Assembly (NCBI RefSeq): GCF_048403405.1
Contig: NZ_CP183129.1
DNA: 64,000 nucleotides
From: Escherichia coli
Lineage (GTDB): Bacteria > Pseudomonadota > Gammaproteobacteria > Enterobacterales > Enterobacteriaceae
Reading direction: 5' to 3' (one strand)
The stretch's first letter is position 1. Every line of letters starts with the position of its first letter. Below the pieces are notes generated by a model that did not search any database, was not told the origin of the DNA, and saw nothing but the letters and a program-made list of their open reading frames with translations. A program made the translations under genes and the position numbers. This document shows positions 31,853-43,504 of the stretch, in pieces.

Positions 31853-31872
31853 TTGTGTACAAATGTACACAA
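31853..31872. promoter_or_regulatory. 20-bp perfect palindrome in the rcdA-ybjJ divergent promoter region; candidate TetR-type (RcdA) operator
   Basis: ttgtgtaca-aa-tgtacacaa: 9-bp arms, perfect dyad symmetry, 20 nt upstream of the rcdA start. Confidence 0.45.
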
Positions 31873-31915
31873 CCTTGCTAATGTTGTCTTCCCTCTTCTT
31901 ATTTTGACGTGATCT

Positions 31916-33124
31916 ATGACCGTAAATTCTTCACGTAATGCATTGAAACGCCGAACCTGGGCGCTGTTTATGTTCTTCTTTTTGCCGGGCCTGTTAATGG
32001 CGTCCTGGGCAACCCGTACGCCTGCTATCCGCGATATTCTTTCTGTTTCGATCGCTGAAATGGGCGGAGTCCTCTTTGGTCTGTCGATCGGTTCAATGAG
32101 CGGTATTCTCTGCTCGGCGTGGTTAGTGAAACGCTTTGGCACGCGTAATGTCATCCTGGTCACGATGTCCTGCGCATTGATCGGGATGATGATACTAAGT
32201 CTGGCACTCTGGCTGACATCGCCCCTGCTCTTTGCCGTTGGTCTCGGCGTCTTTGGGGCAAGTTTTGGTTCTGCGGAAGTGGCGATAAACGTTGAAGGTG
32301 CCGCCGTTGAGCGAGAAATGAATAAAACGGTTTTGCCGATGATGCACGGTTTTTATAGCCTGGGCACGCTGGCAGGCGCAGGTGTCGGGATGGCACTTAC
32401 GGCCTTTGGCGTTCCAGCAACGGTGCACATTTTATTGGCGGCGCTGGTAGGCATCGCGCCTATTTATATCGCCATTCAGGCAATCCCTGACGGTACGGGC
32501 AAAAATGCTGCCGATGGCACCCAGCATGGTGAAAAAGGCGTACCTTTTTATCGGGATATCCAGTTGCTGCTGATTGGTGTTGTGGTGCTGGCGATGGCCT
32601 TTGCCGAAGGTTCTGCCAACGACTGGTTACCCTTATTAATGGTTGACGGTCACGGTTTTAGCCCCACTTCCGGCTCGCTGATTTATGCCGGTTTTACCCT
32701 GGGGATGACCGTTGGACGCTTCACTGGCGGTTGGTTCATCGACCGTTACAGTCGCGTTGCCGTGGTTCGGGCCAGTGCGCTAATGGGGGCGTTGGGTATT
32801 GGGCTGATTATTTTTGTCGATAGCGCCTGGGTCGCTGGGGTGTCTGTTGTACTCTGGGGACTGGGTGCCTCGCTGGGCTTCCCGCTGACCATTTCTGCCG
32901 CCAGCGATACCGGCCCCGATGCACCAACCCGCGTCAGTGTGGTAGCAACGACCGGTTATCTGGCTTTCCTCGTCGGGCCGCCGCTGCTGGGCTATCTCGG
33001 CGAACATTATGGATTACGTAGTGCAATGCTGGTTGTACTGGCGCTGGTTATTCTCGCGGCTATTGTCGCGAAAGCCGTCGCCAAACCCGATACCAAAACG
33101 CAGACGGCGATGGAGAATAGTTGA
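31916..33124 (+). CDS. ybjJ: MFS transporter YbjJ
   Basis: 402-aa translation [25 protein letters not shown]... Confidence 0.93.
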
Positions 33125-33939
33125 TGAGCATTAAATTAATTGCGGTAGACATGGATGGTACTTTCTTAAGCGATCAAAAAACCTATAACCGTGAGCGGTT
33201 TATGGCTCAGTATCAGCAAATGAAAGCACAAGGCATTCGCTTTGTGGTCGCCAGCGGGAATCAATATTATCAGTTGATCTCTTTCTTCCCTGAAATTGCT
33301 AATGAAATTGCCTTTGTGGCTGAAAACGGCGGCTGGGTAGTGAGCGAAGGCAAAGATGTTTTTAATGGCGAGCTGTCGAAGGATGCATTTGCTACTGTCG
33401 TGGAACATTTGCTGACGCGCCCGGAAGTGGAAATTATTGCCTGCGGAAAAAATAGCGCCTATACACTCAAAAAATATGACGATGCCATGAAAACGGTGGC
33501 GGAAATGTATTATCACCGTCTGGAATACGTCGATAACTTTGACAACTTAGAAGATATCTTCTTTAAGTTTGGTCTGAATCTTTCCGATGAACTGATTCCA
33601 CAAGTACAAAAAGCATTACATGAGGCCATCGGCGATATTATGGTGCCGGTCCACACCGGCAACGGCAGCATCGATCTGATTATCCCCGGCGTACATAAAG
33701 CCAATGGCCTTCGCCAACTGCAGAAATTATGGGGAATAGACGACAGCGAAGTGGTGGTCTTTGGCGATGGCGGTAACGATATTGAGATGCTGCGTCAGGC
33801 AGGCTTTAGTTTTGCAATGGAAAATGCCGGCAGCGCGGTCGTCGCAGCAGCAAAATACCGGGCAGGCTCCAATAACCGTGAAGGCGTACTGGATGTGATC
33901 GATAAAGTTCTTAAACACGAAGCGCCATTTAACCAATAA
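33124..33939 (+). CDS. ybjI: HAD-superfamily Cof-type phosphatase YbjI
   Basis: From ATG 33124 ([15 protein letters not shown]..., DxDGT motif), 271 aa; start overlaps the ybjJ stop (TGATG). Confidence 0.92.
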   Translation: MSIKLIAVDMDGTFLSDQKTYNRERFMAQYQQMKAQGIRFVVASGNQYYQLISFFPEIANEIAFVAENGGWVVSEGKDVFNGELSKDAFATVVEHLLTRPEVEIIACGKNSAYTLKKYDDAMKTVAEMYYHRLEYVDNFDNLEDIFFKFGLNLSDELIPQVQKALHEAIGDIMVPVHTGNGSIDLIIPGVHKANGLRQLQKLWGIDDSEVVVFGDGGNDIEMLRQAGFSFAMENAGSAVVAAAKYRAGSNNREGVLDVIDKVLKHEAPFNQ

Positions 33940-34024
33940 AAACGGCAGCACGCCCGGCAACACAATGCCTGAATGAAGGCTGCATAATTCGCGGAAATTA
34001 ACCCGCTGCATTATTTCAGGCGAA

Positions 34025-34309
34025 ATGATTATGAAAAATTGTCTACTGTTGGGCGCGCTTTTAATGGGCTTTACTGGTGTGGCGATGGCGCAAAGTGTCA
34101 CCGTCGATGTGCCGAGTGGATACAAAGTGGTTGTGGTTCCTGAATCAGTCAGCGTTCCACAAGCGGTCAGCGTCGCGACTGTGCCGCAAACCGTCTATGT
34201 GGCTCCTGCGCCAGCTCCGGCTTACCGCCCGCATCCTTATGTTCGCCATCTTGCCAGCGTAGGTGAAGGGATGGTTATCGAACACCAGATTGACGACCAT
34301 CACCATTAA
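34025..34309 (+). CDS. ybjH: uncharacterized exported protein YbjH
   Basis: 94-aa translation MIMKNCLLLGALLMGFTGVAMAQSV... with signal peptide. Confidence 0.85.
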   Translation: MIMKNCLLLGALLMGFTGVAMAQSVTVDVPSGYKVVVVPESVSVPQAVSVATVPQTVYVAPAPAPAYRPHPYVRHLASVGEGMVIEHQIDDHHH

Positions 34310-34312
34310 TTT

Positions 34313-34348
34313 GAGAATGCCTGATCGCACAAAGCAATCAGGCATTTT
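34313..34348. terminator. terminator hairpin between convergent ybjH and mdfA
   Basis: aatgcctgat-cgcacaaagca-atcaggcatt followed by ttttttt. Confidence 0.65.
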
Positions 34349-34349
34349 T

Positions 34350-35582
34350 TTACCCTTCGTGAGAATTTCCCATCTGTTTATCTTTTAAAAAGATAACCAT
34401 CAGCGACAGCCACAAAATTCCGTTGACAAGGTTGAAGAGATTAAACAGTCCGTTGCCCCCGTTCAGCCAGGCATGTTTGCTGATTTCAATACCGACGGTA
34501 AAGATCAGCATTTGCAGCATTCCCATCGCCGCAGAAACCGTACCTTTACTCATATCGCTGGCAAACAGAGTTAATCGCACCAGTCCCGCATTCGCCAGAC
34601 CAATACCGAAAGCATAAATACTTAACCCGGCGGTCATCCATAAATACGCGTGCGATGAGATAACCGTTGCCGCAGCAGCGACAAACAGACCAATCATAAT
34701 CGGCCAGCCGCCCATAATAATCAGCGAACGTACGGTGCGGCGCGAGGTCAGACGCGCTAGCAGCAAGTTACCCGCAATTAACGCCCCGAAAATAGGCACT
34801 TGCAGCAAGCCATATTCATAGCTGCTCAACTGCTCACCGGTAATGATGATAATCGGCGACTGGGCGATCCACGCCAGCAACGGCAGGCTAACGAATCCCA
34901 GCGCCAGCGCCCCCGCCACAAAGCGACCGTTCTTCAGCACCAGCTTATAGTCACGACCGAGTTCTTTCAGCGACAGTTTCTCGCCTATACGCGTGGCGGT
35001 TTCAGGCATGGCTCGTTGCAGACCGAAAAAGGAGATCGCTGCCAATGCGGCAAACAAGACAAACATCCCTTCCCAGGGCAGCACATGGATCCACGCCGCG
35101 CCCACCAGCGGGCCAAGTAGTGGAGCAATCAGCGCCACGTTCGCCATCAGCGCGGTGATCTTGATACAAACCGCCTCTTCGAAGGATTCCTGAATTGCGG
35201 CGTATCCCACAGCGCCAATGAAACAGAGGCTTATGCCCTGCAAGAAGCGCAACAGGGTGAATTGTTCAATGTTTTGCGCCAGTAATATTGCCAGACAGGT
35301 GATGATAAACCACACCACCCCCGCCAGCATCACCGGACGGCGACCAATACGATCCGACAGCGGCCCCAGGAGCCATTGTAAAAACATCCCGCCCGCCAGA
35401 TACGCAGTCATCGAAGTAGGAACCCAATCAATGCCCGCCTGATATTGTTCCACCACGGCCAACATACCGGGTTGAATCATATCGTTGCCGATATAGGTTG
35501 AAAATTCGTAAAGCACCAGACAGAGAGGGAAAAGTAACGCCTGACGTCCAAGCCTGGCACCGGAAACTAATTTATTTTGCAT
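34350..35582 (-). CDS. mdfA: multidrug efflux MFS transporter MdfA (Cmr)
   Basis: From ATG 35582 ([27 protein letters not shown]...), 410 aa. Confidence 0.95.
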   Translation of the reverse strand: MQNKLVSGARLGRQALLFPLCLVLYEFSTYIGNDMIQPGMLAVVEQYQAGIDWVPTSMTAYLAGGMFLQWLLGPLSDRIGRRPVMLAGVVWFIITCLAILLAQNIEQFTLLRFLQGISLCFIGAVGYAAIQESFEEAVCIKITALMANVALIAPLLGPLVGAAWIHVLPWEGMFVLFAALAAISFFGLQRAMPETATRIGEKLSLKELGRDYKLVLKNGRFVAGALALGFVSLPLLAWIAQSPIIIITGEQLSSYEYGLLQVPIFGALIAGNLLLARLTSRRTVRSLIIMGGWPIMIGLFVAAAATVISSHAYLWMTAGLSIYAFGIGLANAGLVRLTLFASDMSKGTVSAAMGMLQMLIFTVGIEISKHAWLNGGNGLFNLFNLVNGILWLSLMVIFLKDKQMGNSHEG

Positions 35583-35866
35583 GCAATTTCTTCGCCAATA
35601 ATAATCGCGCAAAGTTTAATAAAAGCGCAGCTAACGAGAAAGCGAATTTTGTAGCTGAAACCACGGTTAAGCACATTCTTACATTATTGCGAGTATAGCT
35701 ACGCTTTCTTTAAGTTTTATTTAACCTATGCCCGTTACAATCACCCACCGTAAACAGGCCGCTTGAGGGAAATAAGACGATGCCGCTTTACCCAGTTTAA
35801 CCTGCACTTTATTCTCAACGACTTGCCTGTATTGGCTCCCTTTTAATCACTTTGCGTCGGGAAGTT

Positions 35867-36463
35867 ATGCTGGAAAATTTGAATCTCTCTCTATTCTCTC
35901 TTATTAACGCGACGCCAGACTCTGCGCCGTGGATGATCTCGTTGGCGATTTTTATTGCTAAAGATTTGATTACCGTGGTGCCGCTGCTGGCTGCGGTACT
36001 TTGGTTGTGGGGGCTTACAGCACAACGGCAACTGGTGATAAAAATCGCTATCGCGCTGGCGGTCAGCCTGTTTGTGTCCTGGACGATGGGGCATCTTTTT
36101 CCGCACGACCGACCCTTTGTCGAAAATATCGGCTATAACTTCCTGCATCATGCGGCGGATGACTCATTCCCGAGCGATCACGGTACGGTGATTTTCACCT
36201 TTGCACTGGCATTTTTATGCTGGCATCGCCTGTGGTCCGGCTCACTTTTAATGGTGCTGGCCGTCGTCATTGCCTGGTCGCGCGTTTATCTTGGCGTCCA
36301 CTGGCCGCTGGATATGCTCGGTGGATTGCTGGCAGGTATGATTGGCTGCCTTAGCGCCCAGATTATCTGGCAAGCGATGGGGCATAAACTCTATCAACGT
36401 CTGCAATCGTGGTATCGTTTCTGTTTTGCATTACCGATCCGCAAAGGCTGGGTGCGTGACTGA
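35867..36463 (+). CDS. ybjG: undecaprenyl-diphosphate phosphatase YbjG (PAP2 family)
   Basis: From ATG 35867 (MLENLNLSLFSLINATPDSAPW...), PAP2 motifs PSDH / SRVYLGVHWPLD; 198 aa. Confidence 0.93.
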   Translation: MLENLNLSLFSLINATPDSAPWMISLAIFIAKDLITVVPLLAAVLWLWGLTAQRQLVIKIAIALAVSLFVSWTMGHLFPHDRPFVENIGYNFLHHAADDSFPSDHGTVIFTFALAFLCWHRLWSGSLLMVLAVVIAWSRVYLGVHWPLDMLGGLLAGMIGCLSAQIIWQAMGHKLYQRLQSWYRFCFALPIRKGWVRD

Positions 36464-36520
36464 TCTCTGCTAAAAAGTGTAGTATTGAGCGGCTCGCTTC
36501 AATAACTATTCAGAGGGATT

Positions 36521-37279
36521 ATGGAAACACGTCGCGAAGAGCGTATCGGGCAGCTGCTGCAAGAATTAAAACGCAGCGATAAGTTACATCTTAAAGACGC
36601 CGCCGCCCTGCTTGGGGTTTCAGAGATGACGATTCGTCGCGATCTGAACAACCACAGTGCGCCCGTCGTTTTGCTCGGCGGCTATATTGTTCTGGAACCG
36701 CGCAGCGCCAGCCATTACCTGTTAAGCGATCAAAAATCCCGCCTGGTGGAAGAAAAACGCCGGGCGGCAAAACTGGCTGCGACGCTGGTAGAACCCGATC
36801 AGACCCTCTTTTTTGACTGTGGCACCACCACACCGTGGATTATTGAAGCGATTGATAATGAAATCCCTTTCACCGCCGTTTGTTATTCGCTAAATACCTT
36901 TCTGGCACTGAAAGAGAAACCCCATTGCCGCGCGTTTCTTTGCGGTGGTGAATTTCACGCCAGCAACGCCATTTTCAAACCCATCGATTTTCAGCAAACG
37001 CTGAATAATTTTTGCCCGGATATCGCTTTTTATTCCGCTGCGGGCGTGCATGTCAGTAAAGGCGCTACCTGCTTTAATCTTGAAGAGTTGCCGGTAAAAC
37101 ACTGGGCCATGTCGATGGCGCAAAAGCATGTGCTGGTTGTCGACCACAGTAAATTTGGCAAGGTGCGTCCGGCGCGCATGGGTGACCTGAAACGCTTTGA
37201 TATTGTGGTGAGCGATTGTTGCCCGGAAGATGAGTATGTGAAGTACGCGCAGACGCAGCGTATTAAGTTGATGTATTAA
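36521..37279 (+). CDS. deoR: DeoR transcriptional repressor of deoxyribonucleoside catabolism
   Basis: 252-aa translation METRREERIGQLLQELKRSDKLHLKDAAALLGVSEMTIRRDL... Confidence 0.95.
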   Translation: METRREERIGQLLQELKRSDKLHLKDAAALLGVSEMTIRRDLNNHSAPVVLLGGYIVLEPRSASHYLLSDQKSRLVEEKRRAAKLAATLVEPDQTLFFDCGTTTPWIIEAIDNEIPFTAVCYSLNTFLALKEKPHCRAFLCGGEFHASNAIFKPIDFQQTLNNFCPDIAFYSAAGVHVSKGATCFNLEELPVKHWAMSMAQKHVLVVDHSKFGKVRPARMGDLKRFDIVVSDCCPEDEYVKYAQTQRIKLMY

Positions 37280-37325
37280 TGACGTATTACCGGATGACGT
37301 TTCGCGCCATCCGGTTATCAGAAGA

Positions 37326-38528
37326 TTAAGAGAACCAGCTGCCGAACCACTGATGGAATTTCATCATCACGAAATCCCACATCCGCCCAAAGAATCCGCC
37401 CTCTTCCACATTTTCCATCACGATCAGCGGACGCTGCTCAATGGATTTACCGTTAAGCTGGAAATCAATGGTCCCGACAACCTGACCTTTTTTCAGCGGT
37501 GCGGTAAGCTGCGGTTCCGTTAACGTGTAGCTCGCTTTCAGGTTTTTCAGCTGCCCACGCGGTATGGTCACTGAGCCCGCTTCACCTGCCCCGAGATTCA
37601 CTTCGCTCTTATCACCAAACCAGACGCGCTGAGTCACAAAGGTGGCATCAGGTTTAATTGGCGTCACGGTTTCAAAGAAGCGGAAACCCCAGGTCAATAA
37701 TTTCTCAGACTCATTAAAACGGATACGGTCAGTTTTCGCACCCAGTACTACGGAGATCAAACGCATATCGCCCTGGGTAGCCGAAGCAACCAGATTATAT
37801 CCCGCGCCTGCCGTGGTTCCTGTCTTCATGCCATCAACATTCAGATTGCTGCTCCATAGCAGACGGTTACGGTTAGGCTGTCGAATTTTGTTGAAGGTGA
37901 ACTCTTTCTCTTTATGAATGGCGTACTCTTCCGGCACATCGTGGATTAATGCTTTACCCAGCAATGCCATATCGCGCGCGGTACTGAACTGCCCCGGCGC
38001 ATCCAGACCGTGCACCGTCTGGAAGGTAGTGTTGGTCAGACCCAGTTTTTTGGCATAACCATTCATCAGACCAATAAATGACTCCTGGCTCCCGGCAACG
38101 TAATCGGCCAGCGCAATACAGGCGTCATTACCGGACTGGATAATCACACCTTTGTTCAGGTCTGCCACTGAAACCTGATCGCCCGGTTTAAGGAACATTA
38201 CCGATGAACCACGCAGTGCCGGATTTCCCGTCGCCCAGGCATCTTTACCGACCGTCACCATATCGGTGAGTTTAATCTTATCGGCCTTAAGCGCCTGCCC
38301 AACCACATAGCTGGTCATGATTTTAGTCAGGCTCGCGGGGTCCAGTTTTTCATCCGCATTGCCTTCTGCCAGCACTTTACCGCTGGCGTAATCCATTAAA
38401 ATCCATGCACGCGCATCCACGCTCGGCGCTTCAACGGTTTGTTCCGCCGCGAATGCCGTTGGGGCAAAAAGGAATAAAAATGCAGAACCCGCTGCAAGAC
38501 CACGAAGGAGAGAGGAGTATTGCGTCAT
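37326..38528 (-). CDS. dacC: D-alanyl-D-alanine carboxypeptidase DacC (PBP6)
   Basis: From ATG 38528 ([20 protein letters not shown]...), SxxK (SLTK), SGN, KTG motifs; 400 aa. Confidence 0.95.
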   Translation of the reverse strand: MTQYSSLLRGLAAGSAFLFLFAPTAFAAEQTVEAPSVDARAWILMDYASGKVLAEGNADEKLDPASLTKIMTSYVVGQALKADKIKLTDMVTVGKDAWATGNPALRGSSVMFLKPGDQVSVADLNKGVIIQSGNDACIALADYVAGSQESFIGLMNGYAKKLGLTNTTFQTVHGLDAPGQFSTARDMALLGKALIHDVPEEYAIHKEKEFTFNKIRQPNRNRLLWSSNLNVDGMKTGTTAGAGYNLVASATQGDMRLISVVLGAKTDRIRFNESEKLLTWGFRFFETVTPIKPDATFVTQRVWFGDKSEVNLGAGEAGSVTIPRGQLKNLKASYTLTEPQLTAPLKKGQVVGTIDFQLNGKSIEQRPLIVMENVEEGGFFGRMWDFVMMKFHQWFGSWFS

Positions 38529-38774
38529 AAATGCCACCCGAGTATCCATTCAAAAAAAATACGTTATATCGCCGTATGATAAGTTCGGTGATTAATAACG
38601 CACACACAAACTTAAAGAAACCGTAAGTTGGTAAAGTTTTTAAAGTTTATGCAATATCCTGCCGCTTCGCTGCTTCTGGTGTCATTTTTTTGCCAGCTGT
38701 TGCTTAAAAGTTAACTTTACTTCACCATCGGAGTCCTGTTCAGCCTGTGGCTGCCTGTCGGAAAAGGGGTGAGT

Positions 38775-39401
38775 ATGATTACGCTGTGGGGTCGGAATAA
38801 TTCAACCAACGTAAAAAAAGTATTGCTGACGCTCGAAGAACTGGAACTACCTTATGAGCAAATTCTCGCGGGCCGTGAGTTTGGGATAAATCACGATGCT
38901 GATTTTCTGGCGATGAACCCTAACGGGCTGGTGCCGTTGTTGCGTGACGACGAAAGTGATCTCATTCTTTGGGAATCAAACGCCATTGTCCGCTATCTGG
39001 CGGCACAGTACGGGCAAAAACGCCTGTGGATCGACTCACCGGCACGTCGTGCGGAAGCAGAAAAATGGATGGACTGGGCAAACCAGACGCTCAGTAATGC
39101 TCATTGCGGGATCCTGATGGGATTAGTCAGAACACCACCGGAAGAGCGCGATCAGGCCGCCATTGATGCCAGTTGTAAAGAGTGCGACGCCCTGTTTGCC
39201 CTGCTCGATGCGGAACTGGCAAAAGTAAAATGGTTCTCTGGCGACGAGTTTGGTGTGGGCGATATCGCTATCGCTCCGTTCATCTACAATTTGTTTAACG
39301 TTGGCCTGACCTGGACACCGCGTCCAAATCTGCAACGCTGGTATCAGCAACTCACTGAACGCCCCGCAGTGCGCAAAGTGGTGATGATTCCCGTTAGCTA
39401 A
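38775..39401 (+). CDS. gstB: glutathione S-transferase GstB
   Basis: From ATG 38775 ([22 protein letters not shown]...), 208 aa. Confidence 0.93.
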   Translation: MITLWGRNNSTNVKKVLLTLEELELPYEQILAGREFGINHDADFLAMNPNGLVPLLRDDESDLILWESNAIVRYLAAQYGQKRLWIDSPARRAEAEKWMDWANQTLSNAHCGILMGLVRTPPEERDQAAIDASCKECDALFALLDAELAKVKWFSGDEFGVGDIAIAPFIYNLFNVGLTWTPRPNLQRWYQQLTERPAVRKVVMIPVS

Positions 39402-40513
39402 TTGCGTGGGCTAACTTTAAGTAATTCCCCACTGGACTCGTCGGTGAGAACGTATAAATAACCGTCGGGTCCAGTGCGAACATCACGAATTCGCTGCCCT
39501 CTGTCCGTTAAAATACGGCCATCTTCTGTCACTTTGTCGCCGTTGACGCTCATCACAATGACATCTTTATCTTTCAGCGCGCCAATAAATAATTTTTGCT
39601 GCCACTGGGGGAATTTATCGCTGTTATAGAAGGCCATGCCGCTCACGGCGGGCGAATCTTTCCAGTAAAAAACAGGTTGCTCGGTCCCGGCGACGATCTC
39701 CCCTTTCGCTTCCGGTATCTTAAAGCCTGAATAGTTGATTCCCCAGGTTGCCAGCGGCCAGCCGTAGTTTTTGCCTTTTTGCGGGATATTAATTTCATCG
39801 CCACCGCGCGGGCCATGTTCATTCAGCCATAGTGCATTACTCCACGGATTCATCGCCATTCCTTGCGGATTACGAATGCCATAAGACCAGATCTCGGCGC
39901 GCGCACCGGATTCCTTTATAAAAGGATTATCATCCGGGATTTCGCCCTGGTCGGTCAGACGCACCAGTTTGCCCTGTAATTTATTCAGATCCTGCGCCGT
40001 CGAGCGCTGATTGTTTTCGCCCAGAGCAATAAAAAGATAACCTTTACCGTCGAATACCAGCCGCCCGCCAAAATGGTTGCCGGTAGACAGTTTTGGCATC
40101 TGGCGAAAGACGGTGCGGAAGTCGGTCACCTTTGAGAGATCATCACTTATGCGGCCATAACCCACAGCAGTTCCGGCTTTGCCATCATCGCCAACTTCGG
40201 AATAACTTAACCAGATGCGGCGAGACTGAGCAAAATCAGGCGCTAAAACCACATCCAGCAGGCCACCCTGCCCGTGCGCCCAAACTTCCGGCACTCCGGA
40301 AAGCGGCGCAGATAATCCTTTTCCTGCTTGCCAGTGACGCAACTCGCCGCCGCGCAGAGTGATTAACATACCGTGATTGTCGGGTAAAAAGGCCAGCGCC
40401 CAGGGATGGTCGAGTTTGTCCTGCAGTACTTCGACATTTACCGTTGCAGGAGCCGCCCAGAGAGCGGAAGAAAGACAAATAAGGGGCACAAGGAAAAAGG
40501 ATTGTCGATGCAT
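39398..40513 (-). CDS. yliI: soluble aldose sugar dehydrogenase YliI (PQQ-dependent, beta-propeller)
   Basis: 371-aa translation [27 protein letters not shown]... with signal peptide. Confidence 0.93.
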   Translation of the reverse strand: MHRQSFFLVPLICLSSALWAAPATVNVEVLQDKLDHPWALAFLPDNHGMLITLRGGELRHWQAGKGLSAPLSGVPEVWAHGQGGLLDVVLAPDFAQSRRIWLSYSEVGDDGKAGTAVGYGRISDDLSKVTDFRTVFRQMPKLSTGNHFGGRLVFDGKGYLFIALGENNQRSTAQDLNKLQGKLVRLTDQGEIPDDNPFIKESGARAEIWSYGIRNPQGMAMNPWSNALWLNEHGPRGGDEINIPQKGKNYGWPLATWGINYSGFKIPEAKGEIVAGTEQPVFYWKDSPAVSGMAFYNSDKFPQWQQKLFIGALKDKDVIVMSVNGDKVTEDGRILTDRGQRIRDVRTGPDGYLYVLTDESSGELLKVSPRN

Positions 40514-40593
40514 AACGCCTCCGGATTGACTCTGGCTTAAAGCGTAGTCAGTGGAGGAGATAACAAATTCATTTTTACAAAAACTTAAACATG

Positions 40594-40618
40594 AAGGGGG
40601 AGACGCTTTCTCCCCCTT
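40594..40618 (-). terminator. probable terminator downstream of bssR
   Basis: Perfect hairpin aagggggaga-cgctt-tctccccctt immediately after the bssR stop; flanked by T-rich sequence on the minus strand. Confidence 0.45.
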
Positions 40619-40623
40619 AGTTT

Positions 40624-41007
40624 TCAGGCCTTCTCAAGCATGGCGTGCTTCTGCAGGCTCTGGATACTCAGCGTTAAGCTCATCAGACAATTTTCAAGCT
40701 TATCGGCGTTGACGGTAATAACAGTCGGGCAATCATGGTGCCCACTCATCAAACATACTGCGGCTGTCGCTAATGCTTCTTCAGCATGATGAAGAGCACT
40801 CCACTCTTCCTGATCCAGATGAAGATTCAACCGCAGCGATTTATCGTGCAGTTCGCGATTCAGTTTAAAAAAGTTATCTCGTAGATGATTGCTTTCGCTG
40901 ACGGACATGTATCCTTTTGCCTTCCTCAGTTGCACGTATGCGGCGAGGTCAACGCGTGCGTCGATCAACCGGTTCAGCAGGTCGATTCGCTGTCTGTCAA
41001 CGAACAT
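40624..41007 (-). CDS. bssR: biofilm regulator BssR
   Basis: From ATG 41007 (MFVDRQRIDLLNRLIDARVDL...), 127 aa. Confidence 0.92.
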   Translation of the reverse strand: MFVDRQRIDLLNRLIDARVDLAAYVQLRKAKGYMSVSESNHLRDNFFKLNRELHDKSLRLNLHLDQEEWSALHHAEEALATAAVCLMSGHHDCPTVITVNADKLENCLMSLTLSIQSLQKHAMLEKA

Positions 41008-41219
41008 ACTTCGATCCTCCTCTTTCCAGCCTTGTTGCAATTAAATAGTATGGCTATTTTTTGAGCAAAATGCTGTCCAGGATCAATTCTTCACGCCGAA
41101 TTAACAAAATTTACATTTCCTTCGCCTCCGCCAGCGAATGAGATTGCGATACAAATTTTATCCAGAACTCTGTAGAATCCCTGCCCTGACCTTTCCTGTA
41201 ACTGAATGTTTTTTAAGCT

Positions 41220-42545
41220 ATGAGCAAAGTAACTCCCCAGCCGAAAATCGGCTTTGTTTCCCTTGGCTGCCCGAAAAACCTTGTCGATTCAGAGCGTATT
41301 CTCACCGAACTACGCACTGAAGGTTATGACGTGGTACCGAGCTATGACGATGCGGACATGGTGATCGTCAACACCTGCGGCTTTATTGACAGCGCGGTAC
41401 AAGAATCACTGGAAGCCATTGGTGAAGCGTTGAATGAAAACGGCAAGGTAATTGTGACCGGTTGTCTGGGGGCAAAAGAAGATCAGATCCGCGAAGTCCA
41501 CCCGAAAGTGCTGGAAATCACCGGGCCTCATAGCTATGAGCAGGTTCTGGAGCATGTTCATCACTACGTGCCAAAACCGAAACACAACCCATTCCTGAGC
41601 CTGGTGCCAGAACAAGGTGTGAAACTGACGCCGCGTCATTATGCCTATCTGAAAATTTCTGAAGGCTGTAATCACCGCTGCACCTTCTGCATTATTCCGT
41701 CTATGCGCGGCGACCTGGTGAGCCGTCCGATTGGCGAAGTGTTAAGTGAAGCGAAACGTCTGGTAGATGCTGGCGTTAAAGAGATTCTGGTGATCTCGCA
41801 GGATACTTCCGCCTATGGCGTTGATGTTAAACATCGTACTGGCTTCCACAACGGCGAGCCGGTAAAAACCAGCATGGTCAGCCTGTGCGAACAGTTATCG
41901 AAACTGGGGATCTGGACACGTCTGCACTACGTTTACCCTTATCCGCATGTGGACGACGTCATCCCACTGATGGCAGAAGGCAAAATCCTGCCGTATCTGG
42001 ACATTCCGTTGCAGCACGCCAGCCCGCGCATTCTCAAACTGATGAAGCGTCCGGGTTCTGTAGATCGCCAACTGGCGCGCATCAAACAGTGGCGCGAAAT
42101 CTGCCCGGAACTGACCCTACGCTCAACCTTTATTGTCGGCTTCCCTGGCGAGACGGAAGAAGATTTCCAGATGCTACTCGACTTCCTGAAAGAAGCGCGT
42201 CTGGATCGCGTTGGCTGCTTTAAATACAGCCCGGTTGAAGGTGCAGACGCCAATGCCCTGCCTGACCAGGTTCCGGAAGAAGTGAAAGAAGAACGCTGGA
42301 ACCGTTTCATGCAGCTGCAGCAGCAGATTTCCGCCGAGCGCCTGCAAGAGAAAGTGGGCCGTGAAATTCTGGTGATTATCGACGAAGTGGACGAAGAAGG
42401 CGCGATTGGTCGCAGCATGGCAGATGCACCGGAAATCGACGGCGCGGTTTATCTCAATGGTGAAACCAACGTTAAGCCGGGTGATATCCTGCGTGTGAAA
42501 GTCGAGCACGCCGATGAGTACGATTTGTGGGGTAGCCGGGTTTAA
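41220..42545 (+). CDS. rimO: ribosomal protein S12 methylthiotransferase RimO (radical SAM)
   Basis: 441-aa translation [25 protein letters not shown]... with radical-SAM CNHRCTFC motif. Confidence 0.96.
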
Positions 42546-42729
42546 TTAATCTTAAGGCAGATCTAACAAGGATATTGTTCTTCGATCTGCCTCTGCTACC
42601 CTTCCCGATGTCCTACCCTTACGCACAAAATCCCCTGACGCATAAATCGAGAAAAATGAATCGTACTCGAGGCAACTCTCACTTTTTCACACCAAATTAA
42701 AGTTTTGATCGCAATTACTTGAAATAAGC

Positions 42730-42755
42730 GTAATGGTTACTATAGTAAACATTAC
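42730..42755. promoter_or_regulatory. 26-bp near-perfect palindrome; candidate operator for the downstream toxin-antitoxin operon
   Basis: gtaatggttactatagtaaacattac (single mismatch from perfect dyad symmetry) ending 15 nt before the toxin start codon. Confidence 0.5.
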
Positions 42756-42770
42756 CACAAGGATGGATGT

Positions 42771-43157
42771 ATGGGTGTGTATAAGGCAAGACGATTCAGC
42801 CAAAGCACGAAAAAACTTGGTATTCACGATAAAGTTCTCATGGCTGCCGCTGAAGAAGTGATGCAGGGCATATGGGAGGCTGATTTAGGTAGCGGTGTCA
42901 TCAAAAAACGTTTACCCCTCCAACAAGGAAAGAGTGGTGGAGCCAGAACAATTATCTTTTTTAAATCAGCAAATCATGTGTTTTTTTATGATGGTTGGTC
43001 CAAGAGTGGTCTAAGCAGTAAAGGAACCAAAGAAATCGAAGATGATGAACTGGCGGCCTACAAAAAAATGGCAAATGCATTTCTGGCCTTTAGCAATAAG
43101 CAAATAGAGGATTTGATCGAAACTGGCTTTTTGATTGAGGTGAAAAATGAGCGATAA
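42771..43157 (+). CDS. putative type II toxin, RelE/ParE superfamily (HigB-like; toxin-first operon)
   Basis: 128-aa basic protein MGVYKARRFSQSTKKLGIHDKVL...GKSGGARTIIFF...; AAGGA RBS; overlaps downstream HTH gene by 11 nt. Confidence 0.65.
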   Translation: MGVYKARRFSQSTKKLGIHDKVLMAAAEEVMQGIWEADLGSGVIKKRLPLQQGKSGGARTIIFFKSANHVFFYDGWSKSGLSSKGTKEIEDDELAAYKKMANAFLAFSNKQIEDLIETGFLIEVKNER

Positions 43158-43476
43158 ATTACAAATGATGCTGGAAGATGCAAAGGAACTGAATGCACTG
43201 GGCCTGATGTCTGATAGTGAAGTTGATGCCATTGCCGTCATGGTCAAAGCTCGTGAAGTCAGCGCCCGTATAGCCAAAGTCAAATCAATGACGGGTGAAG
43301 AGATCAAAGCCATCCGCACCCGATACGGCATGTCACAATCCGTGCTGGCACATACAATGGGAATGTCAAAAGAAAGTGTCTCGAAATGGGAACGTAATGA
43401 AATAAAACCGAGCGGCCCGGCATTACGTATTTTGAATACATTGGCAATAAAAGGGCCGGAAGTTTTTGCAAAGTAA
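43147..43476 (+). CDS. putative antitoxin with C-terminal XRE-family HTH (HigA-like)
   Basis: 109-aa protein; C-terminal GMSQSVLAHTMGMSKESVSKWERNEIKPSGPALRILNTL is a typical Cro/C1-type HTH; translationally coupled to the upstream toxin-like gene. Confidence 0.65.
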   Translation: MSDKLQMMLEDAKELNALGLMSDSEVDAIAVMVKAREVSARIAKVKSMTGEEIKAIRTRYGMSQSVLAHTMGMSKESVSKWERNEIKPSGPALRILNTLAIKGPEVFAK

Positions 43477-43504
43477 AATGTTTGCAAATGATTTACCACA
43501 TTCA

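Noticed and set aside
41939-42418. 159-aa minus-strand ORF inside rimO
   Set aside because: Antisense to rimO; the rimO translation is full length with its radical-SAM motif.
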